Assembly: GCA_051530055.1 (NCBI GenBank)
Contig: CM121342.1
Span: 9,253,480-9,317,479 of the forward strand
Reading direction: 5' to 3'
Origin: Neoechinorhynchus agilis
Lineage: Eukaryota > Animalia > Acanthocephala
DNA length: 64,000 nucleotides
Below, one piece after another: positions 1 through 11,145 of the stretch. A model generated the notes under the pieces. That model saw only the letters and a list, made by a program, of their open reading frames with translations, was not told the origin of the DNA and searched no databases. Numbering within the stretch: the first letter of the stretch is position 1; each line of letters starts with the position of its first letter. The translations under genes and the position numbers were made by a program.

Positions 1-2650
1 CGTTGACGACTGCGTAGATAGGGATTCGGAATTCGTAAATCAAATCATTAAGGAGCAGTCTTAACTAATCAATAACGGAGTTGCGGACCTTATTCCCGTA
101 GCAGGCCCGATCCGCAGAAAATCCAAAAAGCCCAGGTAATGGTAGAGAACTTGCGCCTGTTGCAGTGGCACTGTGGGGGGGCGGCCAATCTTCCGAAAAT
201 TAATAATCTCATACCGGGAGCTTCCATCTTACTTTTACAAGAAAGCAAGAGTATTTTTAATGCCTCTCAACTTTTTAATCTCCTACCGCAGCTTGATTCT
301 CATGAATACAATTCCTTTATCTCTGATCCATTCGAACATTCGTCTCAAGGGCTAATTTCTGTCTTCAAATCCTCTCTCAATCCCTCCTTATTATCTTCCT
401 TCACGACAAATGAGCTATCCTACTCTGTCTTTAAATTTTATTTCACTCGCCGGCCTTTCACTATTGTCAATCTGTACATACGACCCGGTTTTATTCATCG
501 TCCGGCCGTTAAGAATGTCATTGAATGCCTTCTTCGTGCCAATATTGACTTCATTGTTGGTGATTTTAACGATCCCTCAATGAAATGGTCCAAAGCCATA
601 GTTAACTCCGCTAAACCTCAATACGAACTCTCCGCTCCTCTCACCCCATCCATTCAAATTCTAACTAAAAATAACACGCATTCCTTCCTGGATCTTATCA
701 TTCACAGGAATGCTTAAATCTGCTAGTTCAAGTAGATCGTCAATTTTCTCGCTTCCACCTAACGGGTCATGATATCTTAATATGGTCTATCGGCTCCAAT
801 AATACACTCAGGAGAGTCCTTCATTTGTCTCATCTGAACATCGCTTTTTTCAGAGCGGTTAGCTATCCACTTCTATCTTGTTCGGTTTTAACTAATTCTC
901 TAAATTATTCCCTACCTCAAATTAACAGTTTTATCAATACCACCGCTAATCTGTTCCTCTATCAACCACGAAGAAGTTTTTCTAGACCTTATGAAAGAAG
1001 TTCCTTCCGTTTTATTGGGCGTGAATTATATCAAGCCAAAATTCGTGGAGATACTCTTCTTGTCAAAGTGCTCTTTAGTCATTACTGGGCTGCTCGATGT
1101 CGACAACAATTGGCTTCCGACCGCGCTACCCTAAAATCCTTACAACCATTCTCATCGTCCTGGTGGAATATGGTCTCTGGGAAGAAGAGGTTTATCAGTT
1201 GGAGGTCGAAACTCACCTCATGGTTAAAAGCATCCTCTATGGATCATATTCTCTCGTCTATCTTTGACTTTCATGCCTCATCTTGCGCTAAAGGCATTAC
1301 TCCTCCAGTCATTTTTAGGAGGCTAATTCCTAATCGATCTGATTTAAATCAATCTGATATTGTCAAAGTTTGGTCCCTAAATCCAAAATTGTCCTCGTCC
1401 AATAGCAAGGGACAAAATGCCTCTCCCTGCTTTCTCGGGAGAGTGTCCTCCTCATAGCGAATCTGATGTTGAAGTGCTCCCCTTATGCCTGGAGAGATAT
1501 CAACATTTCGAGGCGCATATTTTTAGTTAAGAATGGGAGGAAGTTAGTTAAGGCTCCCAACGACCTTCGGCCGATCTCCCCGCAAAATCCCCTGGTCACC
1601 ATCTATGAACGGGCTCTAGCGCATAAACTAAATCTTTTTATCAGGGAACAAGGCAAATCTGTTCACTGAGCGCTGGCTGACATTTACTCGAATTTCGGGG
1701 ACGATGCCTTCCCTCTACGTGCTATTTTAGCAGTGGACCTGTCTCAGGCTTTTGACAAAATCTCGCTGGGCTTTATTATCGAGATGTTAGAATTTTTCAG
1801 TGTTCCACATAATCTTATTGCCAGGATTCACAATACACTGTTTTCAAAGGCCTTCTTTTTTTGACGATGACGCTAAAAAAACCTTATATTACCCTCTTAA
1901 TGGTGTCCCACAGGGATCACCTCTCTCTCCTATCTTATTCCTCTTGGCCTCTCAATATCATGTACAAAACTTCTCTTATAACGCTAACTTGATCTGCTAT
2001 GCTGATGATTTCACCTTTGTGCTGAAATCTCACAGGATCACCAGTTTAAAACTTTTAATAAACAGTCTATAGACTATCTTAACACCATGCTACCTCGCAT
2101 GAACCTCTATCTCAATTCTTCAAAAACAAAACTGATCTTCAAAACCCGTTCAAGTTGTTTACGCAAAGATCTAAAACTTTTCTTTTCCTCACTCCTTTCC
2201 AATAATTCTTCATCCTCACCTGTCGAGAATTTTATGCCCAGTAAACTGCGTATTCTCGGTCACACTCTTACGGTCAACTTGCCCCCCAGGACTGGCATTT
2301 CAAAATTGAAGAAACTTCTCAAAATAGCTAAATCAAAAGCCACTCGCGCTTACAAATTGGGACTTGACTTTCATCACGTTCGTACTATCTGGAAGTCGTG
2401 GGCCATTTCCAGCCTAGTGTTTTTCTCAAGAGGTCGCCCTCCCGAACACAAGCCACTCTTCATTCAAGAGTTCTTCAGGCACATTGATTTGCTACCAAAA
2501 TCCTGGGCTGGGTTCCTGAAGGATCTTTGCCTGCAACGGTGCAATCGTTGGACATCTTACTCATATTCCTAATTTATACTCATTGTCCATCGCACTGACT
2601 TATACTTGACTTATACTCGATATGCTGAATAAATTCTCTTTTAGTTTTAG
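1..2650 (+). mobile_element. Degenerate APE-type non-LTR retrotransposon (LINE), ORF2 endonuclease + reverse transcriptase
   Basis: Endonuclease motifs in 139-717 (LLQWHCGG, LLLQES, IVGDFND, SFLDLII). RT motifs in 1466-2572 (DLRPISP, AVDLSQAFDKI, GVPQGSPLSP, YADD, LRILG). Broken by stops and frameshifts; AATAAA near 2627. Confidence 0.85.
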
Positions 2651-3070
2651 GGTGGGAATATTCGGTCTTGGGATGTAAGGGGGGGAGTGGCAATATCCGG
2701 TCGGGCTGGAAGGTCTGTTGTCGTGGTTATTGTTTACAGGAGAGCTTGTAAAGTTGGTCTTTCCTCAGAATCACTTCAGGTTATGATATCCGAGAAGATT
2801 GGGCAGCATGGAAAATGGAGCGTAGATATAAGGAGTTGCGAGGTATAGGAGGATGAAACGAATTAGGATTTCGAGTGTTGTGCTCGTGTGAAAAGGGAGC
2901 GATATGTGGAAGAAATTGTCGTGTAAGGGTTGAGAGGCGTTTGGATTGTTTTATGAAAATTTTATTTTCTAATTGAAGTTTTTCTGGATAGGAATATTGA
3001 CGGTTAGTTTATTTGCCCTATTTTCCATTTTGCTCCTCTATTGGATATTGTAATGAAAATTTTTTCTAGA
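2650..3070 (-). mobile_element. Probable Penelope-like element remnant (post-RT region)
   Basis: Manual minus-strand translation gives YRSLFTRA followed by a helical segment resembling the PLE thumb/HTH region; many stops. Confidence 0.3.
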
Positions 3071-3289
3071 ATTTTATAGCTTTTAGCCGCACAAATCTAG
3101 GTAGCGCATTACCTCATTCTGATTATCTACAGACTTTTCTTTTGTCCCGGGTGCTTCCAAATGCTCACTCATACAAAAAACATCGCAAGAGAGAATATCT
3201 TAATAGATAGAACTAGCGAATACGACGTTGTCAATGTGCGTAATTTGAAACACAAAATTTTGGATGCTCAATCTGTCTAGAAACTCCAT

Positions 3290-3931
3290 TTAAATGTTAT
3301 CCATAATCTTCCATAATTCATCAAGTGGTATTCGCTTCTCGAAATACTCTTTCAGTATTGGCAAAGATTCTACCATTTCCTTATTTTTATCAACGAATTC
3401 ATCCTTCACTGCTTGATGACTGTATGTATGGATCATTTGGAAAAAGGCGTAAATGTAAAGGTCAACATAAGTCAAGCGGTCAGTGATTATATGACCATTT
3501 TTGCCATAAATACCAGATAAGCGGCGCAATGAATCGGTCAGAGTGGGTACTTCGTCTTTAAGAAATTCCGTCATCATCTTTTGGCGTTCCTCACGTGAAG
3601 TATGGAAAGCACGGCTGAATTTAAGAAGGTACTCATCAACCACAACTACAACTGCATCACACCTTGCAGCATCTACTTCAGTATTACCGCAAAGTCCATG
3701 TTTCGATCCAAGATATCGGATTATCGCACTAGTCTCAAAAAGCATTTCTTCGTTAACTTTCAGCACAGGAACCTTGTTCATCGGCATTTGCGACTTATAT
3801 TTGGTCGCCCACTCTTCTCGGTCGAATCGAACGTCCTCAAATGACTGACCGGCCGCATAGAGCGTTAATCGGATAACTTCAGCTCGACCAGTGAAATCGA
3901 AATAGTAAAGTTTATATTTAGGAGAAGACAT
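3290..3931 (-). CDS. GST: Glutathione S-transferase, sigma-class-like, intronless, 213 aa (start at MSSPKY)
   Basis: YKLYYFDFTGRAEVIR, VPVL, ETSAIIRYLG and LTYVDL motifs; normal length with TAA stop. Confidence 0.92.
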   Translation of the reverse strand: MSSPKYKLYYFDFTGRAEVIRLTLYAAGQSFEDVRFDREEWATKYKSQMPMNKVPVLKVNEEMLFETSAIIRYLGSKHGLCGNTEVDAARCDAVVVVVDEYLLKFSRAFHTSREERQKMMTEFLKDEVPTLTDSLRRLSGIYGKNGHIITDRLTYVDLYIYAFFQMIHTYSHQAVKDEFVDKNKEMVESLPILKEYFEKRIPLDELWKIMDNI

Positions 3932-4798
3932 ATCTGAAAAAATATTAGCGATGAAGGAAATCAATGGTTTTTAACTATTTTATTGGCAATTGTTTTTATT
4001 GATCACACGAATGGAAAATAAGTATACATAACGGTATGTTGTTACTACGAAACTATGTTGGGGCTATGAGAGCGCCCCGATGCATTAGATACTCCGAAAA
4101 CGTCGTATAGATTATTCGCCGCAAGCAATGGTTTTTCCATTCGTAATATTAGACAACGAATGAACCGCCTGATAACCGACAAAAGTAAAATCACATTTAG
4201 CTCACTCTATTCGGCAGGATAAACCCAGTCTTTTAAGTGCTAGAAAATTTCACAAACAGGAATACAGTGTTCTTTAGAATATTAAAATTGTAACATTTTT
4301 TAAAGACCTCAAGATTTATCGTATTCGTTGAAAGTTGTAATGCTCAGTGATAGTTAAATAAAATGTTATAGCCACAAAACTACTTTGATGGAAACATCAA
4401 ATGAAAAAATACGATTAGATTACGGTTAAATGGAAGATCCGCAAAAAAACTTTCAGGGGAACAACAAAAACGTTTATTGGGGAATCGCCTCTTATTCGGA
4501 TTCCTCGATCATCTTCTCCATGTTTAAAGTCATTGTTAAAATGGCTAAAGATATTGGTGAATTCAAAACAAATCGATTCTAGAAATACTAACCATTTAAG
4601 TTTACGTCGTCCCGAGTTTCTCGTGGTCGACACACTTCCGAATGGTCACGAGTGAACACCACACCCTCGTCCATGAGTTGCCATCCTCGATTGGATAAGA
4701 CATCTTTTGTTTCAACTAGATTCATATTGAGCATATTTTTTACGATATCAAATAGAATAACTAAAGAAATAAATGCAAAATGAACAAAATCAACTTAC

Positions 4799-4856
4799 AA
4801 CCCAGCCCAGAGGAAACTCGGTGCCGGTTCTAAGCCCGAATAAATGAGGAGGGTTG
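4799..4856 (+). ncRNA. Twister ribozyme-like motif (P1-type, with P3), degenerate, at the RTE 5' end
   Basis: AA-CCCA-GCC, a GAG-GAAA-CUC hairpin, then GCCGG-UUCUAAGC-CCGA-AUAAA-UGAG-GAGG-GUUG. This matches the recalled twister core GCCGGUCCCAAGCCCGGAUAAA at 19/22. Confidence 0.7.
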
Positions 4857-6925
4857 GTGTCAGGAAAGGCATCGGACCGTAAAAAACCTTGCACTAATAA
4901 AACCAAAGATGAGCAGTCCTACAAACACGCGACGTGCAGAGAACTCTTCCGATTTCTGTGAGTAAATTATCAAATGGACAAAGACCCAAACGCGAATGAA
5001 AACTGAGAAATGTATCTTTAAACGTCGGAACAATGACGGGTAAATCGATGGAAATAGTGCATATGATGAAGATAATGAGGATTGAATGTCTGTGTCCAGG
5101 AGCTGAAATGGAAAGGAGCCGAAGCACGGGATCTTGGAGACGGCTTCAAACTATTTTATAATGGTTCATCTTCTGATCGAAATGGAGTTGGAATTGTCTT
5201 GAGTGATAAACATGCAGATGGAGTCATAGAAGTCTAGGAAAAGTGATAGGATAATGTGGATGCGGATAGATCTTGGAGGGCAATGCTTGGTGATCGTTTC
5301 TTGCTATGTCCCACAAGCCGAGCTTACATAGCAGGAGAAAGACCAGTTTTGAGAAGATCTAGGTGATAAGGTCCATGAAATCAAGGAAAGATGTACAATA
5401 TGTGGAGATCTCAACGGTCATGTTGGCAAGGAAAACTGGAGCTGGTGTCAAGCACACGGTGGAAGAGAAAACATTTTGGACTTTGTGTTGGCAAATAAAC
5501 TTCGGATCACGAACACTTGCTTTAAGAAATAAGAACGACAATTTGTGACTTACAGCATCGGCGGCGAGAGGAAAACTCAAATCGATTATATCCTCTATCC
5601 GCAAGAAAAATTAAGAGAAATGAAAACCGTAAAAACAATACCTGGAGAGACGTGCGCTTCGGAATACCGTTGGTGGTGGAACGACGAGGTGCAAAGGGCG
5701 ATAGCGAACAAAAAGAATGCGAAAAAAGAAAATGGATGCAGATCAAGGAGGAATAAGAAATATATAAGAAGGCGAAAAAAAGAGCTAAGAAAACTGTGGC
5801 GATTGGGAAGTAAGAGGCAAATTCGATCTTCTATTCAAAGCTGCAAGGAGACGAAACAATGTCATATGTGTTCAAAGTGGCAAAGATGAGATATCAGGGA
5901 TCGAAGGACATTACGAGGGTAATGCAAATCAAGGACAAGGATGGGAACATTTTGAGAGAAGAAAAAGAAGTTAAAGAAGGGTGGAGAGAATACTTCGATC
6001 AACTGCTGAACAGTAAGAATGGAGCAGAAAAAGTGGAAGAGCAGGAACCTAACGAATGATTAGCCACGCAATATCAGAGGTCGAAGTTAAAACAGCACTT
6101 TCCAAGATGAAAAACTGGAAAGCGACGGGTCCAGGCGAAATACCCATACAGGTCTGGAAAGTGCTTGAAGTTGATGCTCTTAAATTATTAACAAATCTCT
6201 TCCAACGAATAAGAAAACTCTGCCCCGAGACATATCACAGCGATTCAGGACATGCACAGGCAGAGCAAAGTGAGTACAAGGACGCCAATTTGCTATACGG
6301 ATAGCTTCTCGGTGAACGTGGGATTGCATCAAGGTTCAGCTTTAAGCCTTTTTGTGCCAACTGATCAGTAAAGGTCCGCAATGGAACATGCTTTTTGCCG
6401 ACGACATCGTCCTTTCCGAACCTGAAAGTAAGAAAGAGCCTGAAAACGATAGAGCCTGGAAACGATAGAGCCGCATGACCAAGGACGATCATCCAATGGC
6501 TTAGCAGTGACTGGACAGGTCGAAACGGCACAATCAACATCAGCGTATCTATATCAAACAAAATCAGAATCAGTTGTCTATTCTGCCCAACACAACGAAG
6601 AACGTCGAAGGGAAACATCGCAAAGAATTGTGGAATTCAATTGGAAGCTACGGCTTTGGAACAACGAATTTATGGCACGTCTTCAACGGCTAACCGCGTT
6701 CGGAAACCTGAAGAAATAACCGCACGAGTGCAGCAGAAGCAAAAAGGATTGATTCAATATCAACCTGATAGACGCAAAAAGTGGAGCAAACTGTCGATCA
6801 AAGTAATAAAACAGGACATCAGGAAGCCGGGGAACGAAAACGACGTAGTGCAAGAGAAAATTTGGAATCAAATAGGCCGATCATTAAGACATCGCAAGCA
6901 AGCAAGAGATCACGATAACGGCTAA
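4799..6925 (+). mobile_element. RTE-clade non-LTR retrotransposon, degenerate and internally deleted
   Basis: Typical RTE 5' leader. Endonuclease fragments (NVGTMTGKS, GFKLFYNGSS..RNGVGIVL, YSIGGERKTQIDYIL). RT fragments (KMKNWKATGPGEIP). Many stops and frameshifts. Confidence 0.85.
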
Positions 6926-7139
6926 AACAATTTAAAGGAACGCAACATAGTGTTAGTCGGTAAACGTTGACATCGTTGAGCAACCAAAACACTGAATTAA
7001 GATTAACTGTTCTTTAATTCAACCCTTAAATCTGACTAACCAGAAGTGACATGAGGAACCTAGGAATAGTCAAATCTATTGAGATGTGCAGAGTTTGAGC
7101 GAGAATTTTACCTATACCCGCAAAACTGCATACAACAAA

Positions 7140-7375
7140 TACTTCTCATCTGTCGGCGATCAAGCGGAAAATGCATACGACACGCCGAAATGAACGCAGT
7201 TCTTAGTCGTGCCCTAAATACTGTCAATGCGTCCGACATCTAAAAGCTGAGCAATCTTTGCCGACTCAATGGCCGTAGACTGGACGGTATCACGGTATTC
7301 CCGTGGCGAATGAAGGAAAATGCCTCCTTCGAGACGCCACGTTCGTGGACACGCTCGTAGCTAGCAACATCAAAT
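7140..7375 (+). mobile_element. CRE-like (RLE) retrotransposon 3' fragment
   Basis: RHAEMNAVLSRAL...GRRLDGITVFPWR..KCLLRDATFVDTL; homologous to 15780-15900, 20386-20875 and 26450-26876. Confidence 0.75.
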
Positions 7376-7504
7376 TCGCCACTATTAAACCAGGGGAGCA
7401 GCAACCGACGATGAGGACCGCAAAAAGACCGACACTGAGACGAATCACTGGCGATCCGAGATCTCGCTATAATTTCCAATGTTTCCAGATATATAAGCTG
7501 AACG

Positions 7505-8870
7505 CCGAGTATACCAAGGTTCAACGAATGCCGGTACTCAATGGGTCAATCCCAACAAACGCCCAAAGAATATTATGGCTAAATGCAGCGAATGCCAATG
7601 AATGCTGAATTGCCGACCGATGTTCAAGGCGGATATTTTACTCGGGTGCTCAATCCACAGGGCCAATTCCAACAAACGCCCAAAGAATATTATGGCTAAA
7701 TGCAGCGAATGCTGATGCGCCGATTGGTGTTCAAGGCGGACATTTTATTCGGGTGCTCAATCCAACATCGTCAAATTCCGCTTCATCAGATGCGACCTCA
7801 ACAGTTAACAAAGGATCAACGATTGCCGGCAGGAAATGTAATGCAGGCTGCTGCCCAAGGCGGATATTGTGGGTCGGCCACGAATCCACAGGGTCAATCC
7901 CAACGAACGCTACGACCCCAACAGTTGACCAAGGTTCAACGATTGCCGGAATGAAATGCAATACAGGCTGCAGTTCAAAGCGAATATTATGGGTCGGCCA
8001 CGAATCTACAGGGTCAATCCCAACAAACGCCCAAAGAATATTGTGGCTAAATGCAGCGAATGCCAATGAATGCTGATGTGCCGATTGGTGTTCAAGGCGG
8101 ACATTTTATTCGGGTGCTCAATCCACAGGGTCAATCCCAACAAACGCCCAAAGAATATTATGGCTAAATGCAGCGAATGCCAATGAATGCTGATGCGCCG
8201 ATTGGTGTTCAAGGCGGACATTTTATTCGGGTGCTCAATCCAACATCGTCAAATTCCGCTTCATCAGATACGACCTCAACAGTTAACAAAGGATCAACGA
8301 TTGCCGGCAGGAAATGTAATGCAGGCTGCTGCCCAAGGCGGATATTGTGGGTCGGCCACGAATCCACAGGGTCAATCTCAAGAAACACCCCATGAATATT
8401 ATGGCCAAATGCAGCGAATGCCAATGAATGCTGATGTGCCGATCGATGTTCAAGGCGGATATTTTACTCGGGTGCTCAATCCACAGGGTCAATCCCAACA
8501 AACGCCCAAAGAATATTATGGCCAAATGCAGCGAATTCCAATGAATGCTGAATTGCCGACCGATGTTCAAGGCGGATATTTTACTCCTGTGCTCAATCCA
8601 CAGGGTCAATTCCAATAAACTCCCCAATGATATTATAGGCAAGTGAAAATAATAACAACGAATGCTAGAATGCCGACCACTGGTCAAGGCGGATATGTCA
8701 TGACCGGATAACGCCGTCAAATTCCCCTTTATCAGACACGACCTCAACAGTTGACCAAGGATCAACGATTGCCGGTACTAAATGTAATGCAGGCTGCAGT
8801 CCAAAGCGGATATTATGGGTCGGCCTGGAATCAACAAGGTCAAAACAAACAGTTGAATTTTGAACAGTAT
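7505..8870 (+). repeat. Composite tandem repeat: 117-bp unit A interleaved with a related unit B; Q/G/Y-rich coding potential, interrupted
   Basis: ATGCAGCGA recurs at 7583/7700, 8051/8168 and 8409/8526, each pair 117 nt apart. Unit A translates as NPQGQSQQTPKEYYGQMQRMPMNADVPIDVQGGYFTRVL (39 aa). Confidence 0.9.
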
Positions 8871-10946
8871 AGACAAGTGCAGGGAAAACCATTTAAACCC
8901 CAGGGCGCCTATATTGTCAAGAATCTTTCCATTGCAATTTCCGGATCAATAACAGGTCCTAACCCTACAATTGACACAGACAATTAATACGCCGATAAAT
9001 CTCTGAACTCCGACTCTTGGTCAAGTTTCGGTCTTTATGAGCGATCCTGTTTCGCTTCGTCGACGGATGGAGAGGAAGCGATACCTTCCAATGCAAAGGA
9101 AAGAGACCGCAGATTCCTCCTTTGAGTATCCTTATTCGCCAAAGATCCACGAGGAAACTTTAGACCCGAAGATGGACAGGCGACCAAGTGCGTTCGGATT
9201 TACTAAAGATGAGAGAAACGACACTGGAAGTCGATTTAATTTTGAATCCGTGGACGAGCTGCTGGGATATAGAGATTAGAATATCAACGCAAACTGAATA
9301 ATTTTAGTGACGCGGAAATTTTAATTAAGCTACAAATTTCATTCGGCAAAGTCCAAACGAAAAAAAATCGCAATGGACCACAAATCCTAATTTAATAAGG
9401 AAGGTAAATTGGATTACGTGGCGTGCCGACAGACGAACTTCGAACTTTTACCTTATTAATACATCCTCCTTAATTTCCGTAAATAAATTGTCCAAAAGTT
9501 CGAAATGCTCGAATTCGTTACAATTAAGCCAGAAGAAGAGCACAACGATACGATTTTTGGAGTTACGAATCAAAGATCGCAGTCAATTCGTCGCTTTGGG
9601 GTTCTTTCGTTGCGAAGACAAGAGAAACGCGCTTTTGTTTTAAATGCTTTGTCTTGTTACATCGATATTTTAAAATTTTGGTTTCTCTTCTATTTCCTAA
9701 CTAACAGCTCAGAAAGCTAAAAATAATCTTTTGTTCACAGAAAATGACGATATTTCAGACTAAAAATGTTATCTTTGGTCCACGATAAAAATCTTCTTCA
9801 TTTCTGTTTCAACCTTCATTCTTCTTAAAACATTCTTCAACGAGAACGGAAGACGTTCCTTTAAGCTCCAATCTTGATTTCATCGGAGGACTAAACAATT
9901 CCTTGCTCTGTCTTTCAAAGCATGCATTTTGGATTGAAAGAATAATACCAAATTTGGTTTTACGGATTATCTGTAAAAATCGTGGGCTTAAAAAGATTGA
10001 ATTTCTTTCAGTTATTATGTTTCGTTTCCTTATTCAAATTTTTTTGCATTTGTTGAAATGTTTATGTCAAAAATATTATGTGTTTTTTTTCTTTAGATTG
10101 AGATGAAACGAAGAAGGGAGTAGGGGCTGAGTAAGGAGCGAACTCTTAGCTCCTCTACCTTGAAAAAAACAAGAAAAATAATTTGGGGATAAAAGTCTTT
10201 TTAACTATATTAATTTTCAACAGATCCTTCACTTCAATTTTATCATTGAAGTGGTTGAAAAAGAGGAGTTTATTACCCTCCTCTACACTGCTGAAAATGG
10301 AAGGCGAAACACCAAACTGGTTGTTCGCTATGGAGGGGTTAGATCTCAAGGCTTTCAAAAGTTCGTCAGCACGGAATTTCCATCTGAACTTCTTATGCCG
10401 AAGAATGGGAATAGAGGGATCCGAAAAGGCACTAAAAGTGTGGGCATTCAGAATGGTTTCAATTACCACGGGATAAGAGACCGAACTGATCCAGTTGGAA
10501 GCTTTAGCTTTCCAACTAGTAAATTTCTTGTTAAGAATTATGTTCCAGAGTGGCTTAGAAAGGGATTTGTGCCTGGTAATAGCTTTTTTGCTTCTTTCTA
10601 TTTCCTCGTAGTGAAGAGTATAATAAAAGCGATTCATAAAAGTTTGGTGAAGGTCAGGTTGGTTCCTTAGATTGGCTATTATAGCTTGTTGATAAAATTG
10701 GTTGGCGTTTTTGGATTTTTGAGCCCTTGGTCAAAGGCTTTTTTGACCAAGCAGGATTCAGCCGAGGTTAAAATTATGTAGTTAAAATCGGAGAGGGGAA
10801 TTAGAGACTTGCTATTAAGCGAAAAGGCAATGGAATCATTGAAGGATTTTAAAGATGAACCCGTTAAAATAATACGGTGCCTTAACAGAAGACCGTGATG
10901 TTGAAATAAAATCATGTCCCATAAACTGTTGTGACTGTAATTGAAG

Positions 10947-11145
10947 GATTATGATGGTGAAATGAAGGAAAAAATTATGAATATATTAATCAGAATTTTC
11001 GACCAATGCGTTCACAGTTGAAAAAACTTGCAAACAATCACTGAAGAAGACCAACGCATTGGTCGAAAATTCTGATTAATATATTCATAATTTTTTCCTT
11101 CAGTTCACCATCATAATTAATTCCTAAATGAATATCTACACAATG
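10947..11145 (+). mobile_element. Solo Penelope-type terminal module (inverted tail + spacer + hammerhead + tail) inserted in the LINE
   Basis: About 65-bp inverted arms. From hammerhead stem II onward the sequence matches the 3' end of the PLE at about 24080-24180. Confidence 0.75.
11036..11077 (+). ncRNA. Minimal type I hammerhead ribozyme, intact
   Basis: AAUCA-CUGAAGA-A-GACCAA(CGCA)UUGGUC-GAAA-AUUC-UGAUU: 5-bp stem I, 6-bp stem II, palindromic AAUU stem III, UC cleavage site. Confidence 0.85.

Noticed and set aside
2640-2655. Telomeric TTAGGG-like tail
   Set aside because: Only a single TTTTAGGG occurrence.
7505-8870. CRISPR-like array
   Set aside because: Eukaryotic context, the units are contiguous without unique spacers, and no cas genes are present.
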